DNA of 64,000 nt, taken from an uncultured Lentisphaerales bacterium (GTDB lineage: Bacteria > Verrucomicrobiota > Lentisphaeria > JABSQK01 > UBA12247). Location: positions 156,068 to 220,067 of the forward strand of contig CALSSJ010000017.1 of assembly GCA_943788985.1 (NCBI GenBank). The letters are read 5' to 3'. The notes below the pieces were generated by a model. It saw nothing but the letters and a program-made list of their open reading frames with translations, was not told the DNA's origin and did not search any database. Of the stretch, positions 30,682-41,333 are shown piece by piece (position 1 is the first letter of the stretch; each line of letters opens with the position of its first letter). Position numbers and translations under genes: made by a program.

Positions 30682-32577
30682 TCAGGGGGAAGGTACGGGC
30701 TTGGCTGCACCGGAGCGATAGCGGTCCATTTCTCCCGCGAAGTAAGCCACGTTTCGACGTGCGCCATCGTAGTGAGCGAACGCTTCCGGAGCCTCCTCCG
30801 CCATCACCGTGTCCACGAGCGAACGCAATTCCGCCAGCTCCTCCAATCTAGCTTCCAGCCGGTCCTCATTCTCATGCGTGGTGATCTCATCACGCAGTGG
30901 CACGCCATAGCCGCTCTTATCTGCGATCGTACGCCAAGGCAACAGGGCATCAAACACTGACTGCACCCGCTCGTAGGTGTCCAGCGCGGGCACTGAGGCA
31001 TCGGGATCCTTCTTGAGCCGCTTCTGGTCGCGCGTGATCAACTTGATCGCCTCTTTGAACATCTCCCCCTGAGCGTCAATCCTAATCCGCACTTCGAAGT
31101 TGAAGAAAAGGGTCGAGAGCCGCAGGTTCTCGCGCACATCGGAGCCGATCAGCCGCGCATACACGGTCCGGCGATACTCCGACCGAGACTTCTTGATAAA
31201 CTGCTTGTGCTTCCGATACCGCAGATCAGGAGCCAGTGACTTCAAATCGGCAAACAACTCTTCGACCGGATTCAGCTCTGGAAAGTAATACCCCTCGCGA
31301 ATCGCCTTCTCCTCGTCCTCGAAGACTGACGCGTCGACAAAGCCCGACTTGTGCATTTTCTTGGCAATGCCCACCGGTGTCAAGGTCCCAACTTTGCCAA
31401 ATTTGGCATCCCTCAGGAATGCCCCCTGGAAGTCGTCGCGAGTCTCGGTGGCACAGTTGTGAGTGAGAAAGCGATAGCGGCCACTGTACTGCCAGTACTG
31501 CTCGAGACACTTATAGATGAACAAGTGGCGCTCTGTCTCGGTAAATCTGACAGGTACACTGATCAGCTCCCGCAATTCCCCCGCGATGTAGCGTGACTCG
31601 ACCTGGCTGAACATGTACGGAAACAGCAACGACGGATACTTCCCAAGCAACCCGCCGATGTGGTCGATCGAGAGGTCATCGATCGTCATCGCCTGGTAGC
31701 CGAGCACCACATGGTTCATTATGTCCCCCATGCAGTCCTTTCCTGTATCACAGACCACAAAGCGAATCATCGTGTGCCCCCAGCCGGAGATCATCGAGGA
31801 TCCTGGACTGGCCAGCAGATAGTGGACCTCTTGAACGGCATCCGGGTGCAAATCCACCGGCACGCGAGTCTGCGACAGAAAAACCAAGGTATTGAGCTCG
31901 CAGGTCCTGTCGTCGTGCGGGACCAGCCCAAGCTTCTCCCGGAAGAACAGGTTCATGGCCGGTCGCCGGCAGGCAAACTCCGAATCCAGCACGTAGTAGC
32001 CGAAGTTCACGGCAAAATGCGCTTCAGGGCTCTGGGCTTCACGCGCATCAGGGGTGCGAGCCAGATTGCGATTTTTCCACTGGTCCTTGAGCATCCATTT
32101 CTGCCAGCCCGTCAGCTTTCCGTACGGGCCCGAACGGCAGAACGACGGCTCAGAACTGCGATCGAAAAGCAACGCCAGTCCCTCGATCACCGCAGCCCGC
32201 GCCAAGTCAGTCGCCGTGCGATGTCGACTTTCCAGATATGGGTCGCTCGCAGGAGATCGGTCCAGAAAAGGGCGCAGTTCTTCGTGCACCACGATGTTCC
32301 CGTCGACGATCCACGAGATCAGGGCAAGGTGCGCCAGCGGCTCCCCGGACGCGCCGGACTCGTCGGAGTCGACCGGAACCACAGCATCCTCGCGGGTGCC
32401 AAAGCGCACCATCACGTGCTCAGGTAGGCTGCCTGTTACGGACTCCGGCAGCAGCGCTGCGATCTCCGCAAGAACCTTTGGCCCGGAGGGGCCGTAGAGC
32501 TCGACACCTACCGCCCAGGTTGCGGAGAGCGCAAACCCAAGCAGCCATACCGCTGAGACTGGTCTGGTGACGCGCAT
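30682..32577 (-). CDS. Secreted DUF4105 (Lnb N-terminal-like) protein
   Basis: Signal peptide; RTPDARE..SPEAHFAVNF.YYVLD.EFACRRP; YLLA...SGWGHTMIRF; GELREL.SVP; YRFLTHNCATE. Confidence 0.8.
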   Translation of the reverse strand: MRVTRPVSAVWLLGFALSATWAVGVELYGPSGPKVLAEIAALLPESVTGSLPEHVMVRFGTREDAVVPVDSDESGASGEPLAHLALISWIVDGNIVVHEELRPFLDRSPASDPYLESRHRTATDLARAAVIEGLALLFDRSSEPSFCRSGPYGKLTGWQKWMLKDQWKNRNLARTPDAREAQSPEAHFAVNFGYYVLDSEFACRRPAMNLFFREKLGLVPHDDRTCELNTLVFLSQTRVPVDLHPDAVQEVHYLLASPGSSMISGWGHTMIRFVVCDTGKDCMGDIMNHVVLGYQAMTIDDLSIDHIGGLLGKYPSLLFPYMFSQVESRYIAGELRELISVPVRFTETERHLFIYKCLEQYWQYSGRYRFLTHNCATETRDDFQGAFLRDAKFGKVGTLTPVGIAKKMHKSGFVDASVFEDEEKAIREGYYFPELNPVEELFADLKSLAPDLRYRKHKQFIKKSRSEYRRTVYARLIGSDVRENLRLSTLFFNFEVRIRIDAQGEMFKEAIKLITRDQKRLKKDPDASVPALDTYERVQSVFDALLPWRTIADKSGYGVPLRDEITTHENEDRLEARLEELAELRSLVDTVMAEEAPEAFAHYDGARRNVAYFAGEMDRYRSGAAKPVPSP

Positions 32578-32587
32578 CAGAAACGCG

Positions 32588-34387
32588 TCAAACGCTGGTC
32601 TGCTCGTCTCGATCTTTTCGCTTGGGCAGCTGAACCTGGATGTGCAGTTCTTTGAGCTGACGCCGCGAGACGTTCGACGGCGCGCCCATCATCAAATCCT
32701 GTGCCTGCTGATTAAACGGGAAGGCAATCACCTGCCGAATCGTATCAGCGCGGCTCAACAACATTACGATCCGGTCCACACCCGGTGCGATCCCGGCATG
32801 CGGCGGAGCACCGTGACGAAACGCATTCACCATGCCGGAGAACTCTGTCTCGACCTCTTCGTTCGAGTAGCCAGCGATCTCGAAAGCCTTGAACATCAAG
32901 TCCACGCGGTGGTTTCGCACTGCCCCACTGGACAGCTCGACGCCGTTGCAGACCAAATCATACTGATAGGCCAGAACATCCAGCGGCTCCTGCGTTTCCA
33001 GGGCTTCCATCTCGCCTTGCGGCATCGAGAATGGATTGTGCGAGAAGGCAATCTTGCCATTGTCGCCCAGTTCAAACATCGGATAGTCCACGATCCAGCA
33101 GAAGCGGAATGCGTTCTCTTCCAGCAACTGAAGTCTACTGCCCAGCTCTGCAATCACCGCAGCGCCAATGCTGCAGGAGGCCGCCGGCCGGTCACAGATG
33201 AAGAACATCACGTCCCCGTCTTCGACTTCACCAGCCGCCTTGATCTGCTCCAACGCTTCTTCCGTCAGGAATTTCGAGATAGGGCTACGCTCCTGGCCAT
33301 CTTTAAAGCCAATATAAGCAAGGCCCTTCGCGCCCACAGATTGGGCAAACTCGATCATCTCGTCGAAGAACTTGCGCGACTGGTCGTAAATGCCTTTCGC
33401 CTTGATCGCGCGGACTACCGCGCCCTTCTCAATTGGGCGGGCAAACGCCTTGAAGTCGCTTCCACGAAAGCTGTCGGTAACATCGACCAACCGCAGCGGA
33501 TTGCGCAAGTCCGGCTTGTCGCAGCCAAACTCCGCCATTGCCTGCTTGTACGGGATCCGCACGTATGCGCCTTGATCCACAGCCGCGGCGTCCGCAAACT
33601 TCTTAAACACGCCACCGAGGACGGACTCGACCACCTCGAAGACATCGTCCTGGGTTGCGAAGCTCATTTCAAGATCGAGCTGATAGAACTCACCCGGTGA
33701 GCGATCCGCCCGCGCATCCTCATCCCGGAAGCATGGGGCAATCTGAAAGTAACGATCGAAGCCAGCGACCATCAGCAGCTGCTTGAACTGCTGCGGTGCC
33801 TGCGGCAGCGCATAGAACTGGCCAGGATGGATGCGGCTGGGAACTAGATAGTCACGCGCACCTTCCGGCGAGCTGCTGGTCAAAATCGGCGTTTGCAGGT
33901 CATTAAAGCCCAGTGCAGTCATCCGCGACCGCAGCTCGGCGATAATCTGGGAGCGCAGGATAATGGCGTCATGCAGGCTCTGGCGGCGTAGCTCGAGAAA
34001 ACGATAGGTCAAGCGCGTCGATTCCGGACAGACGGTCTCGTCTGCGATCGGAAAGGGCAGCCCCTCACATGGCCCGAGGATGGTCATCGTCTCAGCGCGC
34101 AGCTCGATTTCACCTGTGGGCAGGCGCTTGTTTACGGTGTCGAGCTCGCGCTCTACTATCTCTCCCGTGAAACAGATTACCGTTTCTAGACGCCAGTGAT
34201 CTACGCCGGCAAAAAACTCGCGTTCCGGCTGGATCACCACTTGAGTGATGCCGTAGTGATCGCGAAGATCGATAAAAGTAACTCCGCCGTGGTCCCGGAC
34301 GCGATGCACCCAGCCGGACAGACGTGCTTGTTGGCCTACGTGCGCACTGCGCAAGTCGGCGCAGGTATGGCTGCGATATGAGTGCAT
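32588..34387 (-). CDS. aspS: Aspartate--tRNA ligase
   Basis: RDHGGVTFIDLRD, PEGARDYLVPSR, ALPQAPQQFKQLLM, CFRDED.RADR, GAPPHAGIAPG. Confidence 0.97.
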   Translation of the reverse strand: MHSYRSHTCADLRSAHVGQQARLSGWVHRVRDHGGVTFIDLRDHYGITQVVIQPEREFFAGVDHWRLETVICFTGEIVERELDTVNKRLPTGEIELRAETMTILGPCEGLPFPIADETVCPESTRLTYRFLELRRQSLHDAIILRSQIIAELRSRMTALGFNDLQTPILTSSSPEGARDYLVPSRIHPGQFYALPQAPQQFKQLLMVAGFDRYFQIAPCFRDEDARADRSPGEFYQLDLEMSFATQDDVFEVVESVLGGVFKKFADAAAVDQGAYVRIPYKQAMAEFGCDKPDLRNPLRLVDVTDSFRGSDFKAFARPIEKGAVVRAIKAKGIYDQSRKFFDEMIEFAQSVGAKGLAYIGFKDGQERSPISKFLTEEALEQIKAAGEVEDGDVMFFICDRPAASCSIGAAVIAELGSRLQLLEENAFRFCWIVDYPMFELGDNGKIAFSHNPFSMPQGEMEALETQEPLDVLAYQYDLVCNGVELSSGAVRNHRVDLMFKAFEIAGYSNEEVETEFSGMVNAFRHGAPPHAGIAPGVDRIVMLLSRADTIRQVIAFPFNQQAQDLMMGAPSNVSRRQLKELHIQVQLPKRKDRDEQTSV

Positions 34388-34471
34388 GTCTATTTCCCCG
34401 AAAACAAAAGCGGGTACTATACGCGTACGCATCGAATTGGCCACATCCCCCTGCAGCCACGGCCTTATCGT

Positions 34472-35743
34472 CTATTGGTGCCGCAACGCGGCGATCGGGT
34501 CCAGGCGGGCTGCACGCAGCGCCGGATAGATCCCGAAAACAAGGCCGATCCCCAAGCTGATCCCCAAGGAAACGACCAAACTAGAACTGGTGACCGCCGT
34601 CGGCATCTCGGCAAAGTGCGTGATTAGCCACGGGATCAGAACCCCCACGCCGAGGCCCAGGGCGCCGCCAGCAATGGACAGCACCACAGTTTCGATCATA
34701 AACTGCATCACGATCTGCCGCCGCTTGGCACCAATCGCTCGTCGAATCCCAATCTCGCGAATGCGCTCAGTCACCGACGCCAGCATGATGTTCATAATTC
34801 CAATCCCCCCCACCAGCAAGCTGATCGCGGCAATCGAGCCGAGTACAATGCGAGAGGTCCGCTTAGTCTCTTCGGCCTGCCGTATCAGCGCCTGCGGAAC
34901 GCTCAGGTCATAGTCACCATTCTTGTGAAAACTGGCCAGCAACGTTTCGACAGCGTCTGCCACAGGCGAGACCTGGCCTACCGTTGCCACCTGAATAATG
35001 AGCGTGTGCAGCTCAACCCGTTCACTGCTGAAGCTGCCAGACTTGCGCTCCATAGCCAGATCACCGAACTTCTCACGGCAGGCACTGAATGGGATGTACA
35101 CGTCCTTGTTGCTATCGGGCGTCTTAAGAACTCCAGCGGAGTTGGCGCTGCGTACGATCCCGACGATGCGAAAGTAGTTCCGCCCGATCCGCACCGATTC
35201 GCCGATACATTCTTCGGTGGCCAGCAGCTTGCGGGCAAGAGATTCGGCTAGCACGCAGACGCCCCGCTTCTCCGCAATGTCCGTGTCATTTAGCCACCGT
35301 CCCGCGACCAGTGGCCGATCTACCAGCAACGCCCACTCCGGGGTAGTCCCGACCACCCGCATATCTTCGGTTCGATCCCGGAAGCGCGCTTCCTTCTGAA
35401 AGAGCTTCGCCGGCACCAGATGCGAGATGTGCGGTATGGAGTCGCGAATTCGCTGCTCATCCTTATAAAGCAGGCCATATGTAAGGACAAAGCTTTCCCT
35501 AGATCTCTGCCCTGTTCCCTGGGACACGGGCTTCTTTGAGGTGATGATGATGTTGTTGCTGCCGAGTTTCCGAATCTGCTCCAGAGCCACCTGACTGGCA
35601 CCTTCGCCCACGGCCAGCATAGCGATCACGCTGCCGACGCCAAAAACCACACCGAGCATCGTCAGAAATGAGCGCAGCTTATGCAGCAGCAGGGTCTTCA
35701 CCCCCATTCGCACGTTGCGTACGACCAGCGTTGCCTGCTTCAT
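34472..35743 (-). CDS. MacB-type ABC transporter permease
   Basis: HKLRSFLTMLGVVFGV, GGIGIMNIMLASVTERIREIGIRRAIGA. Confidence 0.93.
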   Translation of the reverse strand: MKQATLVVRNVRMGVKTLLLHKLRSFLTMLGVVFGVGSVIAMLAVGEGASQVALEQIRKLGSNNIIITSKKPVSQGTGQRSRESFVLTYGLLYKDEQRIRDSIPHISHLVPAKLFQKEARFRDRTEDMRVVGTTPEWALLVDRPLVAGRWLNDTDIAEKRGVCVLAESLARKLLATEECIGESVRIGRNYFRIVGIVRSANSAGVLKTPDSNKDVYIPFSACREKFGDLAMERKSGSFSSERVELHTLIIQVATVGQVSPVADAVETLLASFHKNGDYDLSVPQALIRQAEETKRTSRIVLGSIAAISLLVGGIGIMNIMLASVTERIREIGIRRAIGAKRRQIVMQFMIETVVLSIAGGALGLGVGVLIPWLITHFAEMPTAVTSSSLVVSLGISLGIGLVFGIYPALRAARLDPIAALRHQ

Positions 35744-36450
35744 ACCTGCTCGCCTTCCACGCGCTCGATGCGCCCATCACGCATGTAGAGTTGCGCCCCG
35801 GCATAGGCGGCGATCTCAGGTTCATGCGTCACCGTCAGAATGGTCTTCCCCTGCTGATTCAACCGCTGCAGAAGCTCCATAATTTGCACGCCCGTGGCGC
35901 TGTCCAAATTGCCAGTTGGCTCATCAGCCAGAATGATCGCTGGATCATTTGCCAGCGACCGGGCTACGGCGACGCGCTGCTGCTGACCGCCAGAAAGCTG
36001 GTTCGGGCGATGCCCAAGCCGATCCTCCAACCCGACCAGTGCGGCAAGTTCCTCGGCACGCTTGGCGCTCCGACGCGCTTCCCAGCCCATGTAATACAGG
36101 GGCAATTCAATATTCTCGCGCACGGTCAGCTGCTCAATAAGATTGAAGCTCTGAAAGATGAACCCAATACGCTGCAGCCGCGTGTCGCTCAAGGCGTCGT
36201 CTGTAAGCTTGGCCACGTCGCGGCTCTCCAGCCAGTACTGCCCGCTGTTCGGACGATCCAAGCAGCCCAGTACATTCAGCATCGTGCTTTTACCACTCCC
36301 GCTCGGCCCCAAGATCGCCCAGAAGCTCCCTCTGCGAAAGGCAATACTCACGCCAGCCAGCGCATGCACCTCCTCGCCGCCCACGGAGTAGATGCGCCGG
36401 ATATCCTCCAGGCGAATCGCCACATCATTCTCGCTGCCAGGCACTGTCAA
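35740..36450 (-). CDS. MacB-type ABC ATP-binding protein
   Basis: GPSGSGKS, LSGGQQQR, LADEPTGNLD. Confidence 0.93.
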   Translation of the reverse strand: MTVPGSENDVAIRLEDIRRIYSVGGEEVHALAGVSIAFRRGSFWAILGPSGSGKSTMLNVLGCLDRPNSGQYWLESRDVAKLTDDALSDTRLQRIGFIFQSFNLIEQLTVRENIELPLYYMGWEARRSAKRAEELAALVGLEDRLGHRPNQLSGGQQQRVAVARSLANDPAIILADEPTGNLDSATGVQIMELLQRLNQQGKTILTVTHEPEIAAYAGAQLYMRDGRIERVEGEQV

Positions 36451-37986
36451 CGCGCCTCGCCCTCCGCAGCGGGACGACGTACCTGCTTGCCCACCGGCTT
36501 TTCCTCGTGACTTGTCTCAGGCGTAGCGTCCTCGCTGACTCCGGTCGATTCCACTAACGGTGGAGAAAGCAGCACCTTCTCGCCCGCCTCTAAGCCATCC
36601 AGAATTGCAATCATTCGGCGATCATCGAGCCCGATCTTCACCGCTCGCGGTTTGCTCCCCGTCAAGCCTTGCACGTAGACCAGCGTCTGCCCATCGAGCT
36701 TGACCACGCATTGCACCGGGATGTGCACCACATCCTCAAACTCCTTGATAATCATCTCAGCGCGACAGCTCATCCCAGGCCGCAGCGCATCATCCGCTTC
36801 GTCAATATGCACCCTGGTCGAATACACCTTCAGGTCTGGATTTAACCAAGAGTGCTGGGCGTCTGGCAGCAACCCAATCTTGGCGATTTTCCCTCGGTAC
36901 TCCTTCCCTGGCAAGGCATCCACGTGCACCATCACCGGCATCTCCACCCTTATCTTATCGAGGCTCGATTCATGAACCTTGGTCGTCACAATCATGTCCG
37001 CCGTGGTTGGCAGCGACAAAATCTCCTGCCGCTCACGAAGAGGCTGCCCGAGCTCCAACGGTTCTCGGCTTCCCTTGCGCCGGCCAGTTGTCGCATACAC
37101 CACCAAACCGCTCACCGGCGCGCGGATCGTACACTTCACGATCTGTTCACCGATCTTGTCCAGCATCGCCTGCTCACGCGACAACTGCAGTTCCTTCGCC
37201 TTGAGGTCCGCCTCACTCTGGATCAAATCCGCGGCGGCCCGACGCTTGACCCGCTCAAGAGCACTCGCTGCCTGCACCACATCGCTCTTCAATTCCGCGA
37301 GCTTGCGACTGTGCGTGTACGTCGTAAGCAGGTGCAAACGGCTCTTGGCAATCTCGAGATCCAGCCCCGACTTCTTCTCAGAGAGCAGGTCCGACTCCAA
37401 CTCAGCCCGGCTAAGAAACTGCTGATCCGCTAACTTCTGCGACCACTTTCTGCGTTCCTGCGCCCGCTTGAGCTCCTCCTCGGCAATCGTGATCCGCGAT
37501 TGCACTTCCTTCAGTTCTTGGGGATACTCCCCCTCTTGATACTTAATCAGGTCTTCGCTGGCAAACTGTGCCTTGAGCACTGCAACCGAGATATCACTCT
37601 CCCCCTTACTCCTCACAACCTCCAGATTCTCCCGCGCCCGCACATGCCCGGCCCGTCGCATTCTGCAGCACTATCTCCTTCGAAATGCGCTTATCTTCGA
37701 GTTTAGACGCGTCTAGTTCCACCACCACTTGGCCCGCTTTCACGTACACGCCCTCGTCGATCAAAGACAGGATCGCATTGGAGCCCTCCACCTCGCTCTT
37801 CACCATCACTTCGTCACGATTCTGCACCGTGCCGGCTTCGGTCACACTGATCGTCAACGGGCCACGCAGTGCCACGAACACCGCGCCCTCGGCCGCAGTA
37901 TCCGCGGACTTATCCGGTTGCTGTAAGAACCAGTAGGCCCCGCCGCAGGCGAGGATGAGAATCAGAAACAAGAGAAAGCGTGTCAT
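36447..37986 (-). CDS. Efflux periplasmic adaptor (MacA/HlyD-like), frameshift near 37652
   Basis: RGPLTISVTEAG, EGVYVKAGQVVVELD, long coiled coil, IRAPVSGLVVY, LRPGMS. Confidence 0.88.
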
Positions 37987-37996
37987 AGCAAACCGA

Positions 37997-39676
37997 TTAT
38001 GGGCTGGAGGCATCAGGAGCTGGCAATAGGCCATCAGCAGAGACGCGCAGCATCCCCGTGTCAAACTGAAGTTGGAGTCGCGCGACCCAAAAATTTCGCA
38101 ACGCGCTGGTCAGCTCGTTCTGGGTCGAGAGAAACGCCTCCTGTGCGAACAGGATGTCTCGCACCTGCGCACGCCCCGCCTCCAACTGCAGCGTTGTATT
38201 ATCGATTCGGCGCTGTGCCAAGCGCACCGCTTCAGCCTGAATGCGGGCGCTTTCGCGTGCCTGCTGCAGTTGGCGAAGCGAGTTGCGCACGCCCAGCTTG
38301 ATCTGATCCTCCAGATCCTCATGGCTCCGCCGGGCCTGTTCCAGCGACACCGTAGCACGCCGATACGCGTGTGCCGCCGCTGTCTTCTCCCATGGAAAAT
38401 CTCCGTCCAAGCCCATGCTATAGCTACCGGTAGCAGGATCCAGCCCGGCATTGGCCAACGTGCCTGCCCCAGAACTACTGCGCCGTCCGCCCGTGCTACC
38501 CGAAGCCACCAACGCCAGACTCGCCCGCGTTCGATCCGCCGCAATCTTCTCCTGCCGTTCCTCATCCTCGACTCGGAGTTGCGAAGTCCGCAAATCCAGG
38601 CGCTTGCGCAACCCCACCTCGATCATCTCCGCTTCCGACTGCGGCTTCATCCCCTCAGCCACCAGCAGAGCCTCACGAATCGGTCGCAGCAAATTCTTTA
38701 GCTCGTCATGATCCAGTGAAATCTTCGCGTCCGGCGGCAGCCCCAGAGTCGTTTTGAACCGATCCAGGCGCGAGGCGAATGACTGCCGTGCCACCACCAA
38801 ACGATCGCGGGCGCGCAGCTCGTCCTGCCGGGCCTCGTCCACCGCAATCGCCGGCACGCGGCCCGCCTCAGCCAAGGCATCCGCACGCTTGGCCGCAGTC
38901 ACCAAACTCAGGTGATTTCGCTCCGCGTTCTGCACCCGGTCACGCAACTGCAACACATCCAGAAACTCGCTCGCCGTCCGCAGTGCCAGCGACTGCCGGA
39001 ATCGCTCCAGCCGAAACAACGCATAGCGCAAGCTCCGCTCCGCCTGCGTCAGCGACTCCCCCACCACTGCCTCCCCAGCCCCGCTCAGCAGCGGCACGTT
39101 GATCGATGTATCCGCGAGAATGCCAAAAGAAGAGTGCCCGCCGGACGTCACCAAGTGGGCCAGATCCAACGCTAGCCCCGTGCTCACCCGCGCCCCATTC
39201 CGGGTCAAGCGGCTCAGCGTCGTACTCAGACCGCTGGCTCCGCCCCAACTGCCATCCGAAGAATCCAGCGTCGCACTCGTCGCCCCTGCCCAAGTCTTGC
39301 GGTACTCATCTCGCGCCAAGTCCACATCCAGCGCCTGTGTAAACACCCCGTCCTTCAAGTTCTGGTACTCATTGCTATTTCCAGCCGCGATTGCCAGCGC
39401 ATCATTCAGTCGCAACGGCGGATAGGGACTAGGAATGTCCCCCAGGACTTCCGCTGGCGGAACCTGCGTCGGCAGACCCTGCGCTTGCAGAAACAGATCT
39501 CGAAGCCGCTGTTCTGCGCTCAAAGAAACAGGCAGTGCGGACTCCGCAACCGCCGTCTGTGCCTCGGTGGCAACAGCCATCCCCGCCTCATCACTCGCCT
39601 GCCAGTGCTCCGCAGGAGTCCGGCAGCCGGGTGTGATCAGGATCGCAACAAAAATAAAAATAGGCCAGATCCGCAT
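37997..39676 (-). CDS. TolC family outer-membrane efflux lipoprotein
   Basis: Lipobox-like TPGC, OEP-type helical repeats, first gene of the MFP/ABC operon. Confidence 0.85.
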   Translation of the reverse strand: MRIWPIFIFVAILITPGCRTPAEHWQASDEAGMAVATEAQTAVAESALPVSLSAEQRLRDLFLQAQGLPTQVPPAEVLGDIPSPYPPLRLNDALAIAAGNSNEYQNLKDGVFTQALDVDLARDEYRKTWAGATSATLDSSDGSWGGASGLSTTLSRLTRNGARVSTGLALDLAHLVTSGGHSSFGILADTSINVPLLSGAGEAVVGESLTQAERSLRYALFRLERFRQSLALRTASEFLDVLQLRDRVQNAERNHLSLVTAAKRADALAEAGRVPAIAVDEARQDELRARDRLVVARQSFASRLDRFKTTLGLPPDAKISLDHDELKNLLRPIREALLVAEGMKPQSEAEMIEVGLRKRLDLRTSQLRVEDEERQEKIAADRTRASLALVASGSTGGRRSSSGAGTLANAGLDPATGSYSMGLDGDFPWEKTAAAHAYRRATVSLEQARRSHEDLEDQIKLGVRNSLRQLQQARESARIQAEAVRLAQRRIDNTTLQLEAGRAQVRDILFAQEAFLSTQNELTSALRNFWVARLQLQFDTGMLRVSADGLLPAPDASSP

Positions 39677-39863
39677 GCCTGTCGTACACGCGCGAGGCGC
39701 GGGGCTAACAAGCTGGGAGCACAGGCGGCTCGCCTGCATCTGTGCGTCGTGCAAGCGGCCGGGCCGCGTCTCGGTCGCTACGCGAAGCTCTGCGGACGCC
39801 GCACCAGAGCGTGGGGCGGCCAGAGGAGAGCTTCACGGGAAGGCGAGAAGAAAAGGAAGCAGC

Positions 39864-40070
39864 CTATCTTGAGGACGGCGTGAATTTTGCCGCATCGATG
39901 ATGGACCACAGATGAATAAGCCACCCCATTAAAACGAACCACAAACAAAATGCTAATACGAACTGAATAACAGCGATTGATAATCTTCCCTGAAGAAGTT
40001 GCCCTAAACCGGGGATGAAAAAACTACAGAGAGCGGCTAATACGTTTCCGCCTGATCCTTGTCCTGCCAT
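39864..40070 (-). CDS. Small membrane protein
   Basis: 68 aa, AALCSFFIPGLGQLLQGR motif, AGGGG RBS; visibly AT-richer than flanks. Confidence 0.85.
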   Translation of the reverse strand: MAGQGSGGNVLAALCSFFIPGLGQLLQGRLSIAVIQFVLAFCLWFVLMGWLIHLWSIIDAAKFTPSSR

Positions 40071-40129
40071 GAAAACACCCTTTACTATTCGATTTGATTT
40101 AGACGTGACACATTCCGATTGCTAACGAG

Positions 40130-41107
40130 CTATGGCGTGAACTCGACCGCACTTGCGAGCTGTTCACTTTCCGCTGGCGCAGTTGCGGAGATCGCATTCA
40201 CCGGGACGGGTCCCGGGGCTGCATCGAACCGAGCCTGGGTGGCGGCTACCTGGTCGGCGGCCACTCGCACAAATACAAGAGTGGTCTCTGGGGCGGCGCT
40301 CACTGTGCCGACAGCCGCTTCCAGCGCGGCTGCTGTTTCGCCAGTGCCATCAATGACCACGGTCTGCGGGGTAACGAGTAACTCGTAGCTGGCCGGGGCA
40401 CCGACATCGGCACAGGATTCCACGTCGGCTAGCCAGGCCTGGGCCGCTTCCCGTCCCAGCAGCCAGCGCAGCAAGTTCCCGGGGGCGTCGGGCGACTCGG
40501 TCTCCAAGTACGTCGGCAATAGCCCCAGGATACTCGCTGGATACACGTAAAAGGCAATGCTTTGGATCGATGAACGCGGCTCGGCTGGCTTCTCCTCGAA
40601 CGAAAGAATGCGCCCTTGCTCATCAATCTCGACACAGCCGAAGCGATTGCGCACGCAGTCAATGGATCCGGTATCACAGCAGACGTTGGTGATGACACCG
40701 CTCTCCTCGAAGGTCTCGATCAGGTCTGCGAGGCTGAAGGTGAATAGCTTGTCGGCGCAGGTCACTAAGACATCGCCTGTGACGTTGGCTTGCTCGGCCG
40801 CGAAGGCGAGATCTCCAATACTGCCCAATCGGTCCTCATTGGTCGAGGTGCCATCACTCAGCACTTGGATCCGCGAGCAAGACAGATCATGCTCCTCGCA
40901 AAACCTATCCCCCCAGACAGTAAAATGCGCCAGAAAGCGCGCATTGGTGATGACGATCACGCGGTCGATCCTGCCGCTCTCGAGCATAGGACGCACCGTG
41001 TGATTCAACAGCGGCTCCCCACCCACGCGAAGGAGTGGCTTGGGAAAATTCGTGGTGTAAGGCGCGAGCCGCGTCGCATAGCCAGCAGCGAGTACAATGG
41101 CGTCCAT
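40130..41107 (-). CDS. Sugar-phosphate nucleotidyltransferase family protein
   Basis: IVLAAGYATRL.P.T..FPKPLL, FEEKP. Confidence 0.88.
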   Translation of the reverse strand: MDAIVLAAGYATRLAPYTTNFPKPLLRVGGEPLLNHTVRPMLESGRIDRVIVITNARFLAHFTVWGDRFCEEHDLSCSRIQVLSDGTSTNEDRLGSIGDLAFAAEQANVTGDVLVTCADKLFTFSLADLIETFEESGVITNVCCDTGSIDCVRNRFGCVEIDEQGRILSFEEKPAEPRSSIQSIAFYVYPASILGLLPTYLETESPDAPGNLLRWLLGREAAQAWLADVESCADVGAPASYELLVTPQTVVIDGTGETAAALEAAVGTVSAAPETTLVFVRVAADQVAATQARFDAAPGPVPVNAISATAPAESEQLASAVEFTP

Positions 41108-41333
41108 AGCGTTTTGGTCCCGAAGAGATCGCAACAGGTGTGACTAGTGCGACGGTGCGCGACCAGTGCAACTCCACCCCCTTGCGCCAACTTGACACAC
41201 AGAGTACAACATATCTGAGATCACATCACCTTCAAAGAGCTGCGCATCAGCATTTTACGGCCTATAAGCTCATTTTGGCATCCATCCAGCTCATGGATTT
41301 ATGAACCAGAGAAACCGTGACAGGAGACAAGCC

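Noticed and set aside
32567..33700. 377-aa plus-strand ORF
   Set aside because: Antisense shadow of aspS
41160..41300. CIRCE/HAIR heat-shock operator upstream of clpB
   Set aside because: TTGACA is present at 41192, but there is no convincing CIRCE or HAIR inverted repeat
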